The notes beneath the pieces are model-generated. The model searched no databases and had not been told where the DNA came from. It saw only the letters and a list, made by a program, of their open reading frames with translations. 64,000 bases of DNA from the human T2T-CHM13v2.0 reference genome, Homo sapiens: NCBI RefSeq assembly GCF_009914755.1, contig NC_060927.1; one strand, written 5' to 3'. The translations under genes and the position numbers were made by a program. Each line of letters starts with the position of its first letter. The stretch's first letter is position 1. This document shows, one piece after another, positions 54,547 through 64,000 of this stretch.

Positions 54547-55582
54547 TTACACACAAACACAGACCAAGTTTCACTTTGTTATATGACAATATGAAACAAT
54601 GCAACAGGCATATTTTAATAAAGTGTATAATTATTAATCATTTAAAAAATTATTTAATGGAACATATAACAACTATATATAGATATTAACATTTGGAAAA
54701 AAAACCTAAAGAAGATGTATTTTGACACCCCTCTTTTACAGATATGGAATCTGAGATACAGAAAAGGTAACAGGTTCAGTCATATAGTCTAAGTTATTAA
54801 TATGAATCAAGTCTAGAATCAAGGTTTTTAGGCTCCCAGTACAGTGCTTTTTATCAATGATTATATAAGAGAAGTCTGTATAGATCATTTATTTAATATT
54901 TAGTTATGTATCCACTCATTCAAGTATTACTGTGAATGAGTAGATTCAAAATATATTTTGAAGTCAGGTGTCAATTTACACAAGATATGGGAATATTTCC
55001 CTTAATAAATTCTTGTACATCTAAATATTTTCCTGTGACTATAACTTTGGCTACATTTCATGCTACTTTTATTCTGTTCTCTTCTAAAAGTTTATAATTT
55101 ATTTATTATTATTTGGCATTTTCTTAAGTAAATAGTCCTACTGGGGGTCATTCTTTTATTAAAAATGTCTAGTGTTGCTGCATTAAAGTTTAAAGTTACA
55201 GAGATTTTCTACTTTGGGAAATTATTTGATGTTTTAATGGCCAAATACACAGTGAATTTTTGCAAATATTATGTGGTATTGTGTTTCTTGGTTTCAAAGA
55301 AGTGTGGTGTGTGTGCATTTCATCGTATTTGATAGGTTACCTCATATTCAAATTTATTCTTTGTTTGCTTATTTTTTGTCTACTTGATCTGTCGCTTTCT
55401 GACAAGTATGGGTTATAATCCCCTAGTATTACTGTGAATTTGTTAAATCTTTCTTGTATACCTAGTTTTGCATATTTCAATTCTACATTATTTGGTGTAA
55501 AAAAGTTAATTGTATATATTTTTGGTCAATCGTATATTTAATTGTTACATATCTTTTCTTGTTCTTGAATTTACTGTTAGTA

Positions 55583-56362
55583 CAGTCATCCCTTCCTATC
55601 TACAGGTTCCTCATCCAACCAACCTCAAATAAAAAAATATTTTAAAACTATTAAACTATATAAAAACTATTAAATATTAAAGAATATTTTAAAAATATTT
55701 CAAAATTATATTTTATTCTATTTTTATTTTGTAATAATTATTAAAACTATAGTATTGCAAATATTACAATATTAAATATTATAGTATTTTATTTGTTAAA
55801 TATAACAAATAACAATATAGCATAACAATTATTTAAATAGCATCTGTATTAGTCTGTTTTCATGCTGCTGATAAAGACATACCCGAGACTGGGAAGAAAA
55901 AGAGGTTTTAATGGACTTACAGTTCCATGTGGCTGAGGAGGCCTCACAATCATGGTGGAATGTCAAAGGCACATCTCCCATGATGACAGACAACGGAAGA
56001 AGCTTGTGCAGGGAAACTCTCGCTTTAAAAATCATCAGATCTCATGAGACTTATTCACTATTGTGAGAACAGCACAGAAAATACCTGCACCCATGATTCA
56101 ATTACCTCCCAGTGGTCTCTCCCACAACACATGGGAATTCAAGATGAAATTTGGGTGGGGACATAGCTAAACTATATCAGCATTTATATTGTATTATCTA
56201 TTATAAGGAATCTAGAGATGATTTAAACTATATGGGAGAATGTGCCTAGGTTATATGCAAATACTGTGCCATTTTATATAAGGGACTTGAGCATCTGTGG
56301 ATAATTATAGGTAGCCAAGAGGGTCCTGGAATCAATCCCATGTGGATACCAAGGGATGACTG
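55583..56362 (-). mobile_element. MER2 (TcMar-Tigger), interrupted by THE1 and an AT-rich expansion
   Basis: TIRs cagtcatccctt / aagggatgactg with TA on both sides; internal agggacttgagcatc. Confidence 0.88.
55845..56179 (-). mobile_element. THE1 (THE1C/B-like) MaLR solo LTR
   Basis: tgtattagtctgttttcatgctgctgataaagacatacccgagactggg...aaactatatca; TSD gcatc/gcatt. Confidence 0.95.
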
Positions 56363-56769
56363 TATTGCTATATTTCCTTTTTATTTCTTTCCACATTTGT
56401 CTGATGTATCTTTTCTATCCTTTTATTTCAACCTTTCTGTGCCATTTTGTTTCATCTCTACCTTTACAATCAGCACATAGATGAATTTATTACTTTTTTA
56501 AAAAAATTATAATATCCTGTTTTATGTTTTCTGGTTGCCATCTTTGTTGTTCTTGCTTGATTCAAGTTATTATTGATTTTTTTAAAAATTGGCCATTTAA
56601 AAATATTTTATCCTTTTTTGTGATTTGGATTTTTTATCTTGTTTTTTTATTAATGATTCCTAAATTTTTAAAACATATTTATTCTAATATTTTTAAATTT
56701 AGCATCTAATATTATTCAATGTTTACATTCTCCTCTGTCTTTCCTAACCAAAAAGACAATGTTCCCACC

Positions 56770-56888
56770 ACTCCCATTATACCTTATAACTTAATTACAT
56801 CTGCAATGATCCTTTTTCCAAATAAGGTCATATTCACAGGTTCTGGGTGAACATGTCTTTTATGGGGGCACAAATCAAACCCATGACA
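56770..56888 (-). mobile_element. MLT1 LTR fragment
   Basis: acttaattacatctgcaatgatcctttttccaaataaggtcatattcacagg. Confidence 0.75.
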
Positions 56889-56939
56889 ACAAGCAAACTC
56901 TTAGTCAAATATAAATACCAATACAAAGAGTGGTATGTA

Positions 56940-57023
56940 GGCTGGGCATGGTGGCTCTCGCCTGTAATCCTAGCACTTTGGGAGGCTGAGGCGGGTGGAT
57001 CACTTGAGGTCAGTAGTTCGAGA
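56940..57023 (+). mobile_element. Alu 5' fragment (~84 bp)
   Basis: ggctgggcatggtggctc...gttcgaga followed by abrupt loss of homology. Confidence 0.9.
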
Positions 57024-57816
57024 AAAAGTGATATGTAAATGAAAGTTGATGTGAGGGTTTATTTACATTGCTGAAATGTGAATAATGGAGAGTTGGCAAT
57101 TAAATAAATATCCAAAGTTCAGTATTCTGTAATTCATAGTATGTCTCTAGAACACTGAATCTCAAGATGTAATATTCCTACATGCATTGAAATATGACGT
57201 TGTACCCCATAAATATGTACATTTTTGTGTCAGTAATTTTTTAAAAGATGTAATGTTACTATAAAATCACTTGGGGTCTCCTATTTAAAAATGAAGATAT
57301 TTTAGGCTCCACTGCCAGAGATCCTGATTAATATCTGACATGGGACCCATGAATCTGCATTTTAACAGGCAGAGGAGAAAAATTTAAGTTTTGTAGGTCT
57401 AGGACCCAATCCAGTTTGGGGGGTCGTTCTAAAAGAAAAATAACACAAGATCACAAGGATAAAATTAGGTACAGTGTCACAGTTAAGTATCCTAGAAGCT
57501 TAAGCTTGACTATCTTGTTGGCAAATCTGCCTCAGAAGGCACACCAAGTAATTCATGCCCATGTTCCATGGACGACACTCAATGGAACACTGATCTAGCA
57601 TACCCTTTCTACCTTTTGGTTGTTGTTGCTGCTAAACATTTCTTCCCAGAATATAATGCTATTACAAGTTGAGCTTTCCTTTACAACCTTGTAGTTAATT
57701 ATTTAGGCAATACCTTTAATGTTGATTAAAATTATGACTACATCAGGGGATAGATTGATCTTTGTTATTGCATGTAAGATTTGTGAATTTCAAAAATTCG
57801 TTTGATATAGTCCTTA

Positions 57817-58651
57817 TGAAACAGGAGAGTTCCCTTATCCCCCTTGCACAATGTGTGACAGGGGTGTGGCTTGCTGCTTTCGTCATCTCCGTGCTCAAAC
57901 CCCTAGGGGAGCATGCAGATGGGCAGGTGCAGAGGCTATGGGGGAGTGCTTTTGGGCTCCAACCCCACGACAGCATCTAGGGGTGGGTGTCTGCGACTCC
58001 TGAAGCCCAAGTGGGCATGTGTTACAGTGGGATCTTTGAACTTTGCTGTCTGCAGATGACTTGTGTTAATCAGCACAACAGACCCTCTGCCTTATTGCAA
58101 GGGCAGAGGGCCAGCGTGACAGCTTTCTGTATCCCGAGCTCTTGCCCAGTGTACTGGAAAATTGTATTACACCTGGGTTCAAAGGATGAGTGCAAGGTTG
58201 TATTGAGTGGTGGAGGTGGCTCTTAGTGAGTTGGATGGGGAGCTTGAAGGGTTATGGAGTGGGAAGGTAGTCTTCCCCTGGAGTTGGGCCACCCAAGCAG
58301 CTGGACTCTTCTCTGATCACCCCCGGCCGAGTTCCCTTCAGCATCCAGACGTCGCTACTCTTCTCTTTCTCTGCTGCATCATTCTGCTGTCACTGGTCTG
58401 CCTGTCGGTCTGTTCCTGTGTTCCTTTCAATGTTCAACTGCTTGTATCTGTGCCCACTAAGGTATCAGGTTTATATGGGCACAGGATGAGGGGCTTTGTA
58501 GACCAGAGTTTTCTTGGAAATTGCAACATTTGGGCATGAAAACAGGAGTGCCCATTCTCACTTAGGTCCAGGGGCACAAGCCCAAGGGTGGAGGCCTCAC
58601 CAGGGATCCCACCCTTCTCTACTCAGCACTTTCCTGCCCCACTCCTTATTA
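57817..58651 (-). mobile_element. ERV1 solo LTR of the MER50/LTR27/LTR1 group
   Basis: tgaaacaggagagttccc terminus; gacagctttctgtatcccgagctcttgcccag; 4-bp TSD ctta/ctta; locally higher GC. Confidence 0.85.
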
Positions 58652-59089
58652 CTTATTGTTACATCAGTATTAAATATTTATATTTTCTTTCCTGGAAGCA
58701 TCATGGGATAGAATAAGGGACATTGGTTAAAATTCTGGTTTCCTTTCTTGGAGGCTCCTTATGCATGCTACAAATATCAGATTGCTCCAAAAATTAAACA
58801 AGGTGATGCATGAGTGCCTGATACGGGGGCTATTACATAGGACACAGATGCTTGGTCAATATTTCTTTCCTCACTAGTTTTTTTTCTTTTTCCCTCACTC
58901 ACCTCGTTTTGCTTTCTGTAAGATAATTTTGCCCCTAGATTATTGAAGAACTCTTGAAGAAAGAAACTAAAAAATTATCTGTGGAACTTTGCGTTTCAGT
59001 TCTTATATTGTTACTGAAATTTTGTTACTTATTCTGTCTGATAGAAAAATTGGGTTTATAATAATAATCATAATATTTTAACTTTTTAA

Positions 59090-59340
59090 TTGGGTGCTTT
59101 CTTTAGGCCAGGCTCTGCCATCAGCGCTCCATACAGCGCTCCATACAAATTATTAATTTTAATTCTCTCATCAAGCCTACAATGTAGACACAACAATTAT
59201 CTCTAATTTTAAGGAGGAAAAAAAACTGAGACTTACAATGATTTATGTAACTTTTCCAAGAAGTCACACAATGAGGAAGTGGCAAAACAGAGACACCTAT
59301 GCTGCCCTGATCCTGAAATCCTACTCTTGGCCACTGCTAT
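59090..59340 (-). mobile_element. MIR fragment
   Basis: gaggaaaaaaaactgagactta...gtaacttttccaagaagtcacaca...aagtggcaaa. Confidence 0.6.
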
Positions 59341-60231
59341 AATTCTGAGATAATATTCCACAGAGTTGAATCAAGTTTATTCATATTAATCAATTTCTCT
59401 TACTTAACAATAGACTTCTGTGTGCATTACCAGCCAGTGGTAATAGAATGCTGTTTGCTTCATTTTAAATACTGGCACAGAGATATTGTAGTTTTGGGCA
59501 TTTTAACCCAGGGAATTACTGAGAATATAATTTTTAGTGATTGGGTAGAAATGCTTTTAATTTCCATTGTCTCTTGGCAGTTACACTTTTTAGTAAGATT
59601 CTTTGCTGTACATTTCAGTTTCGCTAATGTGATTATGTGGGCTAACATCAAAAGGGTTCATTGCTTAATGACCAAGAACCAAGCATGTCAGGATGCAGGA
59701 ATTGGAAATGGTTTTAAATAAATCAATTTCAAGTGAATTAATCTTTGAAAACAGTGCCTGAGCATTTTCCATATGAAAGTCATTTCCATTATGACTTCAT
59801 AGTACCATTCAAAGTGTCTTTTTGATGTTTATTGTCTTTATGGTAGCAAGAGTAGCTACATTGTGTTATAATAACATGGTTTATTTCTGCTTCTAAATTA
59901 TCCACGGATGAGAGTGGATTTATATAGCTGTGTATATTTGCTCAGAGCCTCTTCAATATTCTTCCAGAATCACTTGTACATTGGCTTTGGTTGTGTATGT
60001 ATCTTTGTGAAAATGACAGCAAGCACTGAATCAGAGTGATGCACCATTTACTCTGTGGTGTTTTATGTATTGTCACTGCAATTGCATGTTCACAGGCAGC
60101 TTTGTGTACTTAAGATTTACAAGTCATTTGTTTGCTTCCAAGAAGCCATCTGAGATGACAGTATATATTAAAGTTGCTAAACAAATTATATATTTCTTGT
60201 ACCGAAAACTTCAGTGATTTAAGATGCATCG

Positions 60232-60412
60232 TCTTTCTTCCTTCCTTTCCTTCTTCCTCCTCCCTCCCTCTTTCCCTCCCTTCCCTCCCTTCCTGACTTC
60301 CTCCCTTCTTCCCTTCCCTCCCTTCCCCACTTCCTCCCTTCCTCCCTTCCCCACTTCCTCCCTTCCTTCTCTTTCTCTCTTTTCTTCCTTCCTTCTCTCT
60401 TTCTTTTCTTCC
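60232..60412 (+). repeat. (CCTT)n-like polypyrimidine low-complexity tract
   Basis: About 180 bp of almost exclusively C/T. Confidence 0.95.
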
Positions 60413-62274
60413 TGTTTTTCCGAAAAGCAATACATCATTTGTAATTCATTACGTAACTTCACTAAGAACCTGAAATTATTTTTTATTAGAAATCCCTTTT
60501 CTTTCAGTTTTTGCTTTTGCATTTATATTGTCTTTGTGACTCAGCTTAATATTTAAGTCACAAAGCAATTCAGTTTTTAATCATTTTATTGGTATTATTA
60601 AACTTGGATTTTATCTTCCCCTAATTAACGAATAAATTGATAAGATCAAAATCTCAGATATGGATGTGATAGCTTTTTAACAATAAATTTTCCAAGCACT
60701 TAGTGTGTACAAAAAAGATGCCAGAGCTAAGAAAAAAAAATTGTTGTTAGAAGAATCTAATATGCTCCATAAACCAGTAAAATAATTATTTCAAATTTTA
60801 TTTTAAAAATATACATGGGATGCTTATAAGTAATTAAAGTAAACATATACATCAGTTCCTTACTAAAATAATTTTAAATTTTTTTAGAGTATGATGATTT
60901 CACTTAAGGAAGTTTTCTGGGACTTAATCTGAAATTATTAAGTATCCATGTTGTAAGGTCAGGTTAAGATATTTTATTATTTTTGGCAGTTATTTATAGA
61001 GTTCCTTCTCTCTCCCCAAATTATATATCTATTGATCATTATTTAATTCAAAGAAAGCTTGTGCCAAAGTAAAATTATACCAGTAGTGTTTGATGTAGAA
61101 GAATACAGTGAAGGATAGCCTGTATACCACAGGCAGAAATACAGAATCCTATATATTTGTAATTTGTGCTTATGAAATACTATTTCCAAATCTGATTATG
61201 TGTAGGTCCAAGTAGATAAATTTGAAAAAAGTAATAAATATCTTTTTATTCTTTTTTTCTTTTGTTCCTTTTTACTTCCTCATTTCTTCACCGCACAAAT
61301 ATAGCTCTGAGTTATAAATGAAAATACAAAGTGATGAGCACCAATACCCTACAGTGGCTTTCAGACATAGATTTCTGGTGCCTATGAAGAACTTTGTCAC
61401 ACAATTGAAAGACTTTTTCAAACTGTTTGGGATTTGAATCATCAAATTTGAAAGAATTTGGCAGTTATTCAGCGTCTCCATCTGCCTCCCATAAAAGCTG
61501 CTATTATTAAGTCATCCCAGTGAGATGGGAATCTATGCTTTCTTTTAGGCTTTGAGAGAAAATGATTCAGTAATCTCTTTTTTTAAACTTATTTCAGTGT
61601 TTAATAACTTGAACTGTCAAAAAAGATTTTTTCATCATTACCCTAAATTCTTTTTGTTGTCATTTAAACCCAAGAATCAGATGAACAGCCTCATAGAATT
61701 AATATGTGAATGCAACATCAAAGGACACAATAATTACAACCCAGGCTGTTTTGTGTCAGTCAAGCCATCCTAATTCTTAAAGTCCAGAACTGGGATTCTT
61801 ATTAAAAATGATTACATTTTAGTATTTAATACTCCTAATATTTATGAAGAGGTAATTTATTGAATGTGCCTCTGAATATGTTAAATTGTCTAAAACCATA
61901 TTTAAACATTATTTTTTATAACATACACATTGTTACCCTTTCGGTTTCCTTTGGTTGAAATTATTAACCTGTGAATAGCAATCTGAATAGCAGGAATGTA
62001 TAGAATCCTAATGTAGAAGTATTTATTCTTATGGAAACAATTTTGCTAGGACTTCAACTGTTCTGGAAGTTATCCACTTGGAACTTAGAATAATGTCAGT
62101 AATTTTTTGTAAAAATAGAAATTCAAGTTTATTGAGCCATTCCATTTATTGTCGGTGTTTTTCATCTATTTCAATCTGAACCTATTTTCCTTGATCAGCT
62201 TCCTGATCCTTTTGGTTCAAGTTCTAATCCTTCTTGTGATCTGCCTCACCTCTACCTCTGTTAGGTTTTCTGCA

Positions 62275-62402
62275 TATTGGGTACTATGTTTATTATTTGG
62301 ATGATGGGTTCAATAGAGGCCTAAAGCCCAGCATTATGCAATATATCTATGTAACAAACACACATGTACTCCCTGAATCTAAAATAATAATAATAATAAT
62401 AA
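62275..62402 (+). mobile_element. L1PB-like extreme 3' end with a (TAA)n tail
   Basis: attgggtactatg...cccagcattatgcaatatatctatgtaacaaac...cctgaatctaaaataa. Confidence 0.75.
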
Positions 62403-62745
62403 TTCAAACTCACAGAAGCAGAGAATAGAATGGTGGTTACCAACACTTGGGAGTAGGTACAGGTTGAGTAGATGTTGAATAAAAGATACAAAATTTCAAT
62501 TATATAGGAGAAATAAGTTCAAGAGATCTATTATACTACACGGTGACTACAGTTAATACAATGTATTATCTACTTGAAAATTGTTGACAAGTAGATTTTA
62601 AGTATTCTCACCATAAAAAATTAGGTACAGTAGGTAATAAATATGTTAATTAGCTTGATTTAGCCATTTCACAATGTATACATATTTCAAAACATCATAT
62701 TATACACCATAAATGTATACAATTTTAAATTTGTAAATTAAAGAA
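62403..62745 (+). mobile_element. L1MA-type 3' end
   Basis: aactcacagaagcagagaatagaatggtggttacc...aataagttcaagagatctatt...ttaattagcttgatttagccatt. Confidence 0.85.
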
Positions 62746-62824
62746 AGTTTCAAATTTTTTCATCAAAAAAACCTAAAATTTTAAAAATTAATGACAGGGA
62801 AAAACATTTTTAAAGAAAAACTGT

Positions 62825-63003
62825 GGCTGGACATGGTGGTTAATGACTGTAATCCTAGTACTCCAGAAGACCAAGGCAGGAAAATCATTTGCAGCCTGTA
62901 GTTCAAGACCAAAATAGTGAAAGCCCATCTCTAGAAATATAAAATCAACTGAGCAACATAGTGAAAGCCCATCTCTAGAAATATAAAAAGATAAAAAGAA
63001 AAA
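62825..63003 (+). mobile_element. FLAM/AluJ left-monomer-like element with an internal duplication
   Basis: ggctggacatggtgg...gttcaagacc...gagcaacatagtgaaagcccatctcta followed by an A-rich tail. Confidence 0.8.
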
Positions 63004-63389
63004 CTGTCATAAATATATGATATATCATAAAATGTCACCATAGGACACACACATACACACACACACACACAAATCAAATTGTAGAAAGCATCTATTTCCA
63101 CCTCACAGTTCAAAAACAATAAAAAATATGGCAGCCTCACAGAAAAAATAATCTATTAGTTTTTCTCTCTTCCTATACCCCAGCTGTAGGCATTGCCATC
63201 CCCAAACTTCTGGCATTATTGTTGCCATACTATTATTAGCTGTCCCTGCTATCAGTCCTGAAGATGCTTATAGTTCATTTTCTCATTACTTTGTTACTTT
63301 TATTGCTACTACACTTCTGTCACCTAGTTAGTCACTAGGTTGCCAGAAGTAATTTCTGGACCCAATTTTCGGACAAGAACCAGTACTAG

Positions 63390-64000
63390 AAATGGATACA
63401 CCATATAGAGCTTTTATAATTGCAATAATTTACCTGTAATTAGATTTGTTTGCTTCATAAAGTTTCCAGTTACTCTCTACTGTTCTTTCATTTCAACTTG
63501 CCATCTCCTTTTAGCATTTCCTGCAGAGCAGGTCTAGCGGTAACAAACTACCTCACCGTTTTTTATCTGAGAGTGTCTTAGCTTCTCCCTCACTTTTGAA
63601 GAACAGTTTTGATAAATATAGTATTCTTGGTTGAATGTTTTTTTTCCCCCTTTGGCCCTTTGAATATATAAGCCCACTGATTTCTGGCTCTCAAATGTTT
63701 TAATAAGTAATTTTTATAAACTTATTGAGCATCTTTTATATATTATTAGTCATGTAAAAGACTAACCTGCTTTCAAAATTTGCTCTTTGTCTCTGGTTTT
63801 TGACAGTTTAATTATAATGTGTCTCAGTGTGGTTCTCTTTGAGTTCTTTTTGTTTGAGTTTGTTGAACTTCTTGGATATTTATATCCATGTCCTTAATCA
63901 AATTTAAGATTTTGACCATTATTTTTAAAAATAGTTTCCCTTACCATTTTTCTCTCTCTTCTCCTTCTGAAACTCCCACAATGCATATGTTGGTCCACTT
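63390..64000 (-). mobile_element. Old L1M ORF1-proximal region, antisense, running off the window
   Basis: ttttagcatttcctgcagagcaggtctag...ttttgaagaacagttttg...gacagtttaattataatgtgtctc. Confidence 0.75.

Larger units (their letters stand above)
55100..56740 (-). mobile_element. Old L1M fragment, antisense, hosting MER2 and THE1
   Basis: ttttgtctacttgatctgtc...ttataatcccctagtattactgtgaatttg; continues with ttttatttcaacctttctgtg after MER2. Confidence 0.6.

Noticed and set aside
57743-58711. GC-richer block with several ORFs, superficially promoter- or exon-like
   Set aside because: Explained by the ERV1 solo LTR; CpG-depleted and not a CpG island
60110-60556. ORFs of 103-110 aa rich in G/E/R/K or P/S/F
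   Set aside because: Artefacts of the stop-poor (CCTT)n tract

Overview
AT-rich, CpG-depleted, repeat-dense primate (probably human) DNA that reads as deep intron or intergenic sequence. I recognised no host protein-coding exon, structural RNA gene, CpG island or CRISPR array. The window holds ten near-full-length Alus (J, S and Y types) and two monomer fragments. It also holds two young L1PA fragments and many old L1M, L2 and MIR remnants. LTR elements include a complete LTR-internal-LTR MLT1 (ERVL-MaLR) provirus and several solo LTRs; DNA transposon fossils include Charlie1, MER20, MER5, MER2, MER104 and a MER112-like element. The only ORFs with recognisable protein similarity are L1 ORF1p and ORF2p fragments. 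The most unusual item is a 635-bp internal L1PA fragment with no 3' end, poly(A) or TSD (candidate non-classical insertion). Also notable are several nested insertions with readable TSDs and a few speculative exon or small-ORF candidates in unique sequence. I found no convincing new biological system. Subfamily names come from remembered consensus sequences and boundaries of old repeats are approximate, so both need RepeatMasker/Dfam confirmation.
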